From Cyanobacteria bacterium P01_D01_bin.156 (lineage in GTDB: Bacteria; Cyanobacteriota; Cyanobacteriia; Phormidesmidales; Phormidesmidaceae): 64,000 nucleotides of DNA. The translations under genes and the position numbers were made by a program. A model generated the notes under the pieces. That model had not been told where the DNA came from, did not search any database, and saw only the letters and a program-made list of their open reading frames with translations. Positions 51,328 to 61,400 of the stretch are shown here, piece after piece (within the stretch, counting starts at the first letter, position 1; every line of letters starts with the position of its first letter). The stretch is from positions 1-64,000 of the forward strand of contig JBCCQQ010000015.1 in NCBI GenBank assembly GCA_039024555.1, given 5' to 3'.

Positions 51328-54219
51328 CTATCGCTCTGCGGTGCCAGAAGCACAGGCGCTGACGTGTGACTGATAGGGAATTTCCATGAGTAGTTGAACG
51401 GTACCATCGGGAGAGATTTCTATTTCTGTAGCTTCTTGCACCGTATTGGGCAAGAATAACTCTGACCTAGACGATGATTTAAAGAACTCTGTTGTTGGCT
51501 GTCGCCAGTCTATCCAGGAAGACTGGCTTTCGAGTAGAGCCGTTGTGGGTGGAACTCCCCCCTGTCTGGTGATAACAAAAGTATTATTGTCCCCTGGATT
51601 GCACTGAGTCGTAATGGCATGGCTAGTATCCTGAAGGTGACCTGATAGCACCAACGGCTCATAAACAATATTAACGGGCGGACGAACAATGGTAACCGTC
51701 CCCTCTAACCCGGATTCTGAGCTAGCCGTAATATCACTTTGGGAAGTGGTGCGATCGCGAAATTCTAATCCTAACAACGCCTGAGTTCGAATATTGATGT
51801 TGCCACCATTGCCCTGTACAGCATTGGCAATAATATCGCTGTTTTCATGGGGGACACCGACAATAAGCGGAGCTTCAAGGGTAATGTTGCCACCGGTCGA
51901 TACATCGGTAGCATTGGTGGTAATGGAGCTACCATGACGGAGCAGCAAAAGTTCCTGGGCATTGACCACAATGTTGCCCTCGGTGCCCCCATTGACCTCT
52001 GCCAGTAACCGTCCTCCCTGGTCTAACCGAATTGTCTCAGCGGTTAGGGCAACATTTCCAGCTCCACCCTGGCCCAGACCACTTACATTTATTTCGGCAC
52101 TATTTTGAATGGTAATGTGAGTTCCTAAAATCGTTATGGTTCCGGCAGCAGCCTCTGTCTCTGAGGCTGAAATTACTCGGCTCGGTAACTGGGTACCATC
52201 GGCGAGTATCGACGATGTACCGGAGAGCATTAGCTCATCCACTGTTAGATAAATATTACCGGCACTACCTTCAGCAAATGTAGATGTATCGATTTGTCCC
52301 CCTGCCAACAGGGACAACTGATTGGCATTAATCGTAATATCGCCGCCATGGCCTGTCGCGGAGACACTCCCCTTCAGCGTTTCTGGGGCCACAAAACTAG
52401 TGATCCCACTAGGGCGATTAAATTCATCGGTCAAAATACCATCACTCACCTCAACCACAGCAGCATCAATGAGAATGTCGCCTGCATTTCCGGCCCCAAA
52501 TGTCGATGCAGAAATAATCCCTCGTTCTCCTACCTGCAAGTGAGGTGTCTCTAGGCTGATATTCCCCCCATGCCCCCCACCTGCTGAAAAATTAGCAAAG
52601 GAATTAAATGTTTCACTGGAAAGAGTACTCGAAAAACGGTTGGCCTCTGACTGGCCACCGACGACAATCGAGTCTGACGCCTGCACCCACAAACTGCTGC
52701 CATTCCCCGTACCCTCTGTACCCACTCGAATGGATGCGCCGTCTGTTACCGTCAGATGCTCAGTGTTGATAAACAACGGCCCCCCATTGCCTGAGGCAAG
52801 GGTATCTGAAAATAGGCCGGTATTCACATTGGGAAAATCCTGAGAGCGTCCTGTTAAATCGACAGTGCTAGCATTAATCACCAGACTGCCCGCATTGCCT
52901 GCATCAAGGGTGCCTGCCGTGATCTGTCCCCCATTACTCACCTGTAATGAGTCCGTATTAAGCATCAAGGAACTTCCCTCAGCCGCTGATACCGTATCCA
53001 CAAAGACACCGCTAGAGCTGCCAGATCCAGTTAGCCCTGAAACCTCTATAGAGTTTGCCGTAATTGTCACAGTGCCCCCGTCACCAGCCCCCGCTGCGAT
53101 ACTTTCTAGGCGAGCTCCATGACTAATCACGAGAGAATTGGTTTCAATGGAGAGATCCCCCAGGTTGCCTAGAGATCCCTCTTGCCCATTAATAAGAATG
53201 CCACCAGGTAAAACGCCTGCATCTGAACCCGCTAGGGTAATCGAATCAGCTGCTCGAATCACCGCATTACCCGCATTCCTTACACTTCCGTTGCCAATAT
53301 TGTTGGTAATCAACGCCCCTTCAGTAATAGAAATTTCTCCCGCCTGTAGGTGAAGATTATTCTCCATTTCTCCTGATGCTTCCACTAAGGCATTCTGAGT
53401 AACGCTAAGAGTGCCAAACTCTTCAATGTTGCCATAGTCTATGGTTAAACCATCTGGGGTAGATATCAGAGACACCTCCCCTGATTGAGCCACACTGCCG
53501 AGTTCAATGCGACCTGCCGCCGCCTTACCGCCATCAAACAAAATGTCGCCACCCACAAACGCTAGGGTGTCATCGGACCCTAGGGCAAATCTGCTGCCTC
53601 TACTAAAGGCACGGGTCGTGCGAACAGAAGGAAACGGCGCTCTATTATCCAAAATAAAAAGATTATGACCACTGCCCTGGACCGTAATACTTTGGGGCAT
53701 GCTGCCAAACTGAAGACCAATGGGAGTCGAAATACTCAATAAGGGGGCATCTAGGCTACCGGTAGCGCTAAAAACTTGATTGTTATCAAATAAGATTTGG
53801 TCTGCCGTTGTTGCAAAAAACGATCCGCTAAGGGATAAGGTTGCACTTGGCCCAAAAATAATACCATTAGGATTCAGGAGAAAGAGATCAGCACTCCCTG
53901 TGGTTCTGAGCTGACCGTTAATGGTTGAGACTGCATTGCCGGTGACACGGCTAAAAATGGTGTTGATATCAGTGGCATGGTTAAACGTAGCAGACCCGTA
54001 GGTGGGCACAGAGAATTCACTAAAGCTGTGAAAGAGATTATTACCAGTAAGCTCGCCCCCAAGAATTGTAAAGTTAAGGTTGTCCGAGGTTCTCACCCGG
54101 GTAGACAGGGTATTATCTGAAGCGACCTGGGCGAGGGCGGGGCTAGAAAACGTGCTGATGCCGATGATAATACTGACAACTTTAAGAACGTCAAATCTAA
54201 ACAGGAAAGGCATATTCAA
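51328..54219 (-). CDS. Filamentous haemagglutinin N-terminal (TpsA-like) exoprotein
   Basis: Signal peptide, NLFHSFSEF, RVTG, LFLLNPNGIIFG, repeated G.(A/G)G.I.I beta-helix units and C-terminal SDI.ANA..GNGGNI.I. Confidence 0.92.
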   Translation of the reverse strand: MNMPFLFRFDVLKVVSIIIGISTFSSPALAQVASDNTLSTRVRTSDNLNFTILGGELTGNNLFHSFSEFSVPTYGSATFNHATDINTIFSRVTGNAVSTINGQLRTTGSADLFLLNPNGIIFGPSATLSLSGSFFATTADQILFDNNQVFSATGSLDAPLLSISTPIGLQFGSMPQSITVQGSGHNLFILDNRAPFPSVRTTRAFSRGSRFALGSDDTLAFVGGDILFDGGKAAAGRIELGSVAQSGEVSLISTPDGLTIDYGNIEEFGTLSVTQNALVEASGEMENNLHLQAGEISITEGALITNNIGNGSVRNAGNAVIRAADSITLAGSDAGVLPGGILINGQEGSLGNLGDLSIETNSLVISHGARLESIAAGAGDGGTVTITANSIEVSGLTGSGSSSGVFVDTVSAAEGSSLMLNTDSLQVSNGGQITAGTLDAGNAGSLVINASTVDLTGRSQDFPNVNTGLFSDTLASGNGGPLFINTEHLTVTDGASIRVGTEGTGNGSSLWVQASDSIVVGGQSEANRFSSTLSSETFNSFANFSAGGGHGGNISLETPHLQVGERGIISASTFGAGNAGDILIDAAVVEVSDGILTDEFNRPSGITSFVAPETLKGSVSATGHGGDITINANQLSLLAGGQIDTSTFAEGSAGNIYLTVDELMLSGTSSILADGTQLPSRVISASETEAAAGTITILGTHITIQNSAEINVSGLGQGGAGNVALTAETIRLDQGGRLLAEVNGGTEGNIVVNAQELLLLRHGSSITTNATDVSTGGNITLEAPLIVGVPHENSDIIANAVQGNGGNINIRTQALLGLEFRDRTTSQSDITASSESGLEGTVTIVRPPVNIVYEPLVLSGHLQDTSHAITTQCNPGDNNTFVITRQGGVPPTTALLESQSSWIDWRQPTTEFFKSSSRSELFLPNTVQEATEIEISPDGTVQLLMEIPYQSHVSACASGTAER

Positions 54220-54320
54220 TCAAGCATTTTTCTGACCACCCCTGGGCTGTTAGATGAGTCAAAACAAGGGACATGTTTGTAATCGCGTTTAGTCCAAAGA
54301 CTCACCTGATATGGAAATGC

Positions 54321-54360
54321 TCCGATTTATCGGGACATTTTCCGATTTATCGGGACATTT
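54321..54360. repeat. Perfect 20-bp tandem duplication
   Basis: TCCGATTTATCGGGACATTT x2. Confidence 0.95.
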
Positions 54361-54420
54361 ACGGTATTGCCCATGTCTTTAAATTACCCAGGTTTGCTTG
54401 CTAACCCCTATGGCTTGTTG

Positions 54421-55614
54421 TTATTGCGCTACCTGTTGCCAGTATTCGTACACACTGGTGGCCATGGTCAGCACCCCCGTGGCAATAGCTTCTTCGTTAA
54501 CTTCAAACTTAGGATGGTGCAGCGGGTAGTTATGGCGTCCTTCAAAGCCAATGCCTAGGCGGAACATGTTACCCGGCACTTTTTCAGTATAGAGGGCAAA
54601 GTCTTCTGCCCCGGTGGAGGGCTCGGCTAGCCATTCAATGCGGCTTTCCCCTAGGGCTGTTTCGGCAGCGGCGGCCACAATCTGCACCAGGCTATCGGCA
54701 TTGACCACGGAGGTTACCAATCGCTGATAGCTGATTTCATATTTGGCTCCATGGATGGCGCAGACCCCAGCCACAATATCCTCAACCCACTGGGGTAGCA
54801 TTTTATGCACATCCGGCTGGAGCGATCGCACCGTGCCCTGCATCACCACCCGATCGGCAACCACATTAGCCGCCTTGCCTCCAGAAATTTTACCAATGGT
54901 GATCACCGCCGGGTGTAGTGGATTAATGTGACGACTCAGGGACTGCTGCAGAGTTGTCATCACCTGGGATGCCACCCAGATAGCATCCACCGCTTGATGG
55001 GGGCGAGCACCGTGCCCCGATTCACCAAGGATGACAATTTCTAAATCATCGGAGGCAGCTGTCAGTGCCCCCCGACGCAGCCCCACCTTACCCGCTTGAA
55101 TGTTGGGCAACACATGCACTCCAAAAATCGCTTTTACATCCGCTAGCACATCATCTTTAATCATCCACTTAGCCCCCTGGGCGGTTTCCTCAGCGGGCTG
55201 GAATAAAAAGCGAGTAGTGCCTGGAAATATCTGTTGCTGCTCAGTGAGCTCAGCCAGCACCATCGCTGTGCCCAGACCAACGGTCGTGTGTACATCGTGG
55301 CCACAGGCATGCATGATGCCTCGATTTTTAGAGGTAAAGGGCAGCTCCACCTGTTCCAGAATGGGCAGGGCATCCATATCCGTGCGCACCGCCAGAATAT
55401 CAGCCGTATCTCCTGTGCCCTTTAGGTTAGCTACCACGCCCGTTTTGCCCACCATTTCCTGCACGTGAAATCCACAGGACGACATCACACCAGCGACATA
55501 GGCGGCGGTTTGGTACTCCTGACCGCTGAGTTCTGGATGGGCATGGATGTGACGACGAATTTCAATTAGGCGGGGGGTAATTTTTTCAGTTATGGCTTTG
55601 ATTTTGTCGTGCAT
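54421..55614 (-). CDS. M20D amidohydrolase (N-acyl-L-amino acid amidohydrolase-like)
   Basis: RRHIHAHPELS, RTDMDALP, MHACGHD, FQPAEE, GAEDF and LHHPKF motifs. Confidence 0.93.
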   Translation of the reverse strand: MHDKIKAITEKITPRLIEIRRHIHAHPELSGQEYQTAAYVAGVMSSCGFHVQEMVGKTGVVANLKGTGDTADILAVRTDMDALPILEQVELPFTSKNRGIMHACGHDVHTTVGLGTAMVLAELTEQQQIFPGTTRFLFQPAEETAQGAKWMIKDDVLADVKAIFGVHVLPNIQAGKVGLRRGALTAASDDLEIVILGESGHGARPHQAVDAIWVASQVMTTLQQSLSRHINPLHPAVITIGKISGGKAANVVADRVVMQGTVRSLQPDVHKMLPQWVEDIVAGVCAIHGAKYEISYQRLVTSVVNADSLVQIVAAAAETALGESRIEWLAEPSTGAEDFALYTEKVPGNMFRLGIGFEGRHNYPLHHPKFEVNEEAIATGVLTMATSVYEYWQQVAQ

Positions 55615-55821
55615 TGGTGTGGAGGGATAAGCGTTTATTCAGTGTAAGGAGTTGGGGCGATGGATGCTTGGGCATTAAAGCATTCTGAATGCATAACAAT
55701 AGAACTTATTCAGTAGGACATAATTAGACAGCTCCATGGGTCCGCCCGAAATTGCCAAAGTGCCCCCTGAATCCTCCACCGGTTCTACGATAGCCAGCGA
55801 GTCCTGAACGTTACTTGTGGT

Positions 55822-55908
55822 CGAGAATTAATTGAAGAAACAGCTGATGGGTATCGTTTTCAGGTGGAGCTAATCCGTCGCTGGTTTGCTGAGCACCGAT
55901 CTTGGTAA
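55822..55908 (+). pseudogene. C-terminal remnant of an AAA-ATPase-like protein
   Basis: Translates RELIEETADGYRFQVELIRRWFAEHRSW*, resembling the C-termini of cyanobacterial AAA/ATP-binding proteins; no matching 5' part upstream. Confidence 0.5.
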
Positions 55909-56029
55909 CGAGGCTCAAACCCACACCAGCTTGAAAATCCACCACTAGCTGAAGGCTGTCTGCTAAAGCGACAAGACCACCTGTGACATTTCAGGGCATC
56001 TGCAATGGCCTAAACCTTTTGGCTACTAC

Positions 56030-56635
56030 CTACAGCCCAGCTTCTAACACCTGAGATGCTTTAAGCTTAAGGTCTGAAAAACCGGGCGAAACCAAAGCAT
56101 CACTGCCGACGAATTTCTGCTCTTGATACCTTCCAGCCACCAGGGTAAGCACCAAAATAACGGATTCTACCGGATCAATAATCCAATACTCTGGAATGCC
56201 GCGCTGCGCATATTCTTGGCGCTTATCAACATAATCACGCTCGCGCGACTGCTGATTAGTATCACTGCTCGATACCACCTCTACGACTAGCAAAGGAGCA
56301 GGCATTTCAGAGGTGATCAAAGACCGTTTCTTACCCACCAGTGCCTTAGCACCTGCCTCGGTTACCACCATGAAGTCAGGGTAGCGAGTGTTGGCGGCAC
56401 TGCCAGATACTGCCATTTCAGTTCCCCGTCGCAAACAGTAGTAAGGGGCAAATTGTAAAAAGACCGAAAATAATAAGCTGCCGATAACTACATTGATATC
56501 GCTCTCAGCACCCATATCGACTAGAATTCCGTCCACCAATTCATAACGAGTATCTGTACCATCGTCAAAACTCAGATACTCTTCCAGAGACATGGTTCGG
56601 TTCGTTGTGGTTGTCATCGGAGAAAGTGCCATCAA
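56030..56635 (-). CDS. Uma2 family (DUF820) endonuclease
   Basis: YELVDG, R.PD, P.LVVEVVS, DY..K..EYA..GIPEYWIIDP motifs. Confidence 0.93.
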   Translation of the reverse strand: MMALSPMTTTTNRTMSLEEYLSFDDGTDTRYELVDGILVDMGAESDINVVIGSLLFSVFLQFAPYYCLRRGTEMAVSGSAANTRYPDFMVVTEAGAKALVGKKRSLITSEMPAPLLVVEVVSSSDTNQQSRERDYVDKRQEYAQRGIPEYWIIDPVESVILVLTLVAGRYQEQKFVGSDALVSPGFSDLKLKASQVLEAGL

Positions 56636-56891
56636 CAGTTAACCAGCTGGTTTTAGGATAGCGCTTTATCTTGATTGCATGCGAAAAGGCATTAGTCCCG
56701 TTATTCAAGGAAATTATGCAGGTAACCCCTTAATTGATTAGGCAAAATGTCATCATCAGCATTTTTTAGGGATGACTCCCTACTTCGCAGAAACTATAGT
56801 TAGTTCCCTTGTCTGCGTTTCCTATAAAAACCAGATTGGGTATAAAAACTATTAGACGACGCATAGCAGGCGCATTCACAGTCATTCTGAG

Positions 56892-57530
56892 ATGAAACAG
56901 CTTAAACAAGTATGGTCACTGGCTCCCAAGGTAACAAGGTTGCTACTGATTGCAATTATTGCGATCGCAGTGGGCAGCAGCGTTATGGCAGCGCAGCCTA
57001 ATCTCCCGGTTACCCAACCAACCAAGACCCAACTGCTCAGCCGTCGTACATCCCCCGGAATTTATTCCGCCCCTTCTAGCTGTTCTATGGCAGCGCCCGT
57101 TGTGCCTGCATTGGTTACCGTTGCAGAAGTCGAAAGGAGACAATTCCAGGCAGATTTTGCCAAATTTATTGAAGAACAAGCCAAAATAGACCAGGAAGCG
57201 GGTCTAACCTTCAATCGAGATGTGTTAACCATCGAAAAATATCGTCTTGACTGCGACATTCTGGCGGTTCAGGCCAGACAGGTTTTACAGGCAGATAGGA
57301 ATTTTCCTCAGCCGGATGTGCCGATCACAGATTTAGAACTGGTGCTACGTCAACAGCAGTTTGACATTGCCGAACAGATTGATGAAGAAACTACCCTGGC
57401 CCAAGAGGCTGGACTAACCTCCTTAGATCGACTGTGGCAAGCCCGTCGCGATCGCATCGACTCAGAAATTTTGTGGCTACAAGCGAAGGAACAAAAGAGA
57501 CTTCAGGATCTGCAAAATAATTCAAACTAG
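56892..57530 (+). CDS. Secreted hypothetical protein with two internal helical repeats
   Basis: Signal peptide; QEAGLT occurs twice within ~55-aa repeats. Confidence 0.7.
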   Translation: MKQLKQVWSLAPKVTRLLLIAIIAIAVGSSVMAAQPNLPVTQPTKTQLLSRRTSPGIYSAPSSCSMAAPVVPALVTVAEVERRQFQADFAKFIEEQAKIDQEAGLTFNRDVLTIEKYRLDCDILAVQARQVLQADRNFPQPDVPITDLELVLRQQQFDIAEQIDEETTLAQEAGLTSLDRLWQARRDRIDSEILWLQAKEQKRLQDLQNNSN

Positions 57531-57785
57531 ACAAGTGTCAAATGCGGACGTTGCCTGCCAGGTCAACAGAAGAGATGTAATGCACACAGCGGCACATCCA
57601 GTAAGCAAAAAAATTATTTCTTTGTAAATCTCCGCTGATTTTTAAAAGTTTGTATAAGGTTTAATTTCTTATCCTGATGGACCCAAGGGATAATGTTCCC
57701 ATAATATTCTCTTTACCTAGGGCCATTATCTTAGCTTCCGGGTGAGTGTCGAGTAATCTCATGCGAAAGGTAACCTCATGGTTTT

Positions 57786-57804
57786 GTTAATCTCTTCTTA
57801 ACTG
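57786..57804 (+). promoter_or_regulatory. Putative Pho box (SphR/PhoB site)
   Basis: GTTAATCT-N3-CTTAACTG, two units at 11-bp period resembling the cyanobacterial PyTTAAPyPy(T/A) consensus, upstream of phosphatase genes. Confidence 0.5.
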
Positions 57805-57927
57805 TGTTCCCTTGGCATTGAGGCTTATTTCACTCGGGGGGACACAGCTCTATTGAGCTACTAGCTAAGCCGCGACCTAGGTCTTTTCCGCTCTGCCTGC
57901 TGTTTAGCACCAGGCTGTTATTTTGTC

Positions 57928-58299
57928 ATGCCAACGTCTGTTCAAGCCGCTACGTTTAACGCATTTCTCAACCTCGTCAATTTCGAAGAATTGTTGGTTA
58001 GTTTATCTTCTTCAGATGATGCCCAGGCTCGGTTAATCGCCACCATGATTCAACCCATTAAATCTGACGGAGGTGGCAGCGGCATCGATACGTTTGTGCT
58101 GGCAGTTGGCGAAGGCACAGACACCATCGTTGATTTTCAAACTGGCATGGATCTGATTGGTCTAGCCGAAGGATTGAGTCTTGGACAGTTAACTCAAACT
58201 GTTCAGGATAGCGACTTGTTATTAAGTATTGCGAGTGAGACTTTGGCGTTGGTTCAGGGAGTTACTGCTCTGAACGATGAGTCCTTTGTTCAACTATAA
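57928..58299 (+). pseudogene. Internally deleted relic: EEP/phytase N-terminus fused to an RTX-like C-terminal tail
   Basis: N-terminal ATFNAFLN...L.S.DDAQARLIA.MIQ resembles the start of cyanobacterial EEP domains. C-terminal G.DTFVLAVGEGTDTIVDF..G.DLIGL is a type I secretion-type tail. Confidence 0.6.
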
Positions 58300-58390
58300 G
58301 GTCGTGCTGATTCTAGGTACAGGAAACTCTGTACAGTGTTGGCAATTTAGCCAAACTCTCCTGCAGACCCTGCCCCAGATCAGCAACGGC
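58300..58390. repeat. ~91-bp GTTGCTGA/TCAGCAAC element (diverged copy)
   Basis: Termini GGTCGTGCTGA...TCAGCAACGGC; same length as copy 1. Confidence 0.5.
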
Positions 58391-58482
58391 TAATCCCACA
58401 CGGGGAGAAATCTTGCAGCCCATTTTCTCCCCGCGGGCTATGGGGGCTGTTTTATAAATCGCTTGTTATTTGTGGAGAGACC

Positions 58483-61400
58483 ATGGCAGATTTTTTAGAG
58501 AGAATTGGTGGTGCCACCAGTGAGCTAGGTGCCGAGATTACGGCGTTTGATCCAGCGAGTCAGTCATTATTTGTAGTCAGCGGTGGTACTGAGGTACAGC
58601 TGTTTAGTCTGGCTGACCCCAGCAACCCTACTTCCTTAGGGGCACTGGATGTCGCTGACGTTATCCCCAACATTGATGGGGTAAATAGTGTGGCTGTGGC
58701 CGATGGACTGGTTGCGATCGCAATTGGTGCAGATCCTCAAACCGACCCTGGTTTTGTAGCTGTGGCTGACATCGCCGCTGTAACTGCAGGTGACCCCAGC
58801 GCATTTACCGTAGTGCAGGTGGGTGCCCTACCCGACAACATTGTTTTTAGCCCCGACGGCACTAAGTTAATTACAGCTAACGAAGGGGAGCCCGATGACG
58901 GTGTAGATCCCAACGGTTCCGTCAGCATCATCGATGTATCTGGTGGTATCGCTGGAATTTCCCAAGACAGCGTCGTCACCGTTGGGTTTGAAGCCTTTGA
59001 TGGTCGTGAAGCTGACCTCCGAGCTGACGGTGTGCGCATCTTTCCCGATGCTGGTGCCGCCCAAGACCTTGAGCCTGAATATGTAGCGGTTTCTCCCGAT
59101 GGCTCCCAGGCTTTCGTTACTCTGCAAGAGAACAACGCCCTGGCGGTTATCAACCTAGCAACCAACGAAGTTGAAGGGATTGTTCCCCTGGGTGTTAAGG
59201 ACTTTAGTCAGGGTCTGCCCAACCTAACCAACTTTGATATTACCGACCGTGGTGATATCACCAACGGTGGCGATGCCCTAACCACTGCCACTGGCGAGAC
59301 CATCGAGCTGGGTGGTTTTTCTGGTCTTTGGTATGACGGCGTTGCAGAAAATGGCAACCTCAAGTTCTTGGCAGTTCCCGACCGGGGTCCCAACGGTGAC
59401 CCTCTGGACCTAGATGGCAACGGCAGTACTGAATCCCGTGCCTTCTTGCTACCCGACTACCAGTCCCGTGTAGTCTCCTTAGAACTCAATGAAGAAACTG
59501 GCGAAGTTTCCATCACTGACGAGTTGTTTCTCACCCAGGCCGATGGTACGCCAATCACCGGCCTGCCCAACATTCCCAACGTGGACCGTACCGCTGTGGA
59601 TGCGGAACAGAACCCCGTTGACCTGGATGACTTAACCCAGTTGGATGCCTCTGAATTTGGGTCTGACTTTGACCCCTTTGGTGCTGACCTAGAGGGCATC
59701 GTCCGCGCTGGAGACGGCACCTTCTGGATGGTGGATGAGTATCGTCCCGCTATCTACCACTTCAACGAAGACGGCACCCTAATTGACCGCTTTGTTCCTG
59801 AGGGCACGGTAGACCAGGCTAACGAAGCCAACCCTGGTACCACCTTTGCAGAAGGCACATTCGGTACTGAAACACTGCCTGAGGAGTATCTCAACCGCCG
59901 TCGCAACCGTGGTTTTGAGGGTATGGCCCTGGATACTGACGAAGGCATTCTCTACGCCTTTATCCAGACGCCCATGAGCAACCCCACTCGTGCCGATGGC
60001 GATGCCTCCAGCGTCATTCGCATGATTGGTATCAACCCTGAAACTGGCGAGCCTGTTGCTGAGTACGTTTACCTGATTCAGGACCCTGAGGTGGGTAACA
60101 ACGTCGACAAAATCGGCGATGCGGTGTATGCAGGCGATGGCAAATTCTTTGTCATGGAGCGAGATTCTGCCCTAGACCCCACGGCTCAGAAGTTTGTCTT
60201 TGAAGTGGATATCAAGGGAGCCACTAACGTTCTGGGTCAGGACTTTGGCGGTGAAACCCTAGAGCAGCAAACGCCTGATGATTTAGCTGATGCCGGTATT
60301 CAGGTCGTTAACAAGGTTAAGGTCACTAATCTGCCTTCCATCGGTTATTTACCATCCGATAAGCCCGAAGGTTTGGCGCTGCTGCCCGATGGTCGTCTAG
60401 CCGTCCTTAACGACAACGACTTTGGCTTAGAGCCTGGTGCTGAAGCGGTTCAGCTGGGTCTGATTGACTTTGCTGGTGAAGCTGCCCCTGGTGCTAGCAA
60501 CGGGTTGGATGCTAGCGATCGCGACGGTGCTGATGGTGAAGGTGCCATCAACATCCAAAATCAGCCCGTATTTGGCTTGTTTATGCCCGACTCCATTGCT
60601 TCCTTCGAAGCCAATGGTCAAACCTATTACATCACCGCCAATGAAGGTGACGACCGCGGCGATGCCGATGAAGACGAGCGCGGCGATGCTGTTCGTCTAA
60701 AGGATCTAGCCGATGTGACTTCCTTCGGTCGCAATGGTTTAGCCCTAGATGAGAGCCTCGACCCCGCCCTAGCCGAAGATGAGAACCTAGGTCGTTTGGC
60801 CATTTCCACCATCGATGGCGACATTGACGGTGACGGTGACCTAGACCAGCTGTTCTCCTACGGCGGTCGTTCCTTCTCCATCTGGGACGAGAATGGCAAC
60901 CAAGTTTATGACAGTGGCAGCCTGATTGCTGAAATTACAGCCGAACAGACTCCTGAATTGTTTAACGCCAACAACGGTAGCCCTGAGGACTTCGACACCC
61001 GTTCTGATAACAAAGGTGCAGAACCTGAAGCAGTTACCACAGGTGAAATCGGCGGTGTACCCTTTGCCTTTGTTGGCCTAGAGCGTGCCGGTGGCGGTGT
61101 GCTGGCCTTTAATCTCAGCGACCCCACCAATCCTGAGTTTGTACAGTACGCTCGCAGTGATGAGGATGTCGCCCCCGAGGGTCTCACCTTTATCTCAGCT
61201 GAGGATAGCCCCAACGGTCAGCCCCTATTAGCCGTGGCTAACGAAGTTTCCAACACCCTGGCGGTATATGAAGCCAATGTGGAAGCTGCCACTATCTCTG
61301 AGATTCAGGGTGAGGGCCATATCTCTCCTCTAGTAGGTGAGCTGGTACAGACTGAAGGCATTGTGACTGCGGTAGATTTCCGTGGCTACTACGTCCAGGG

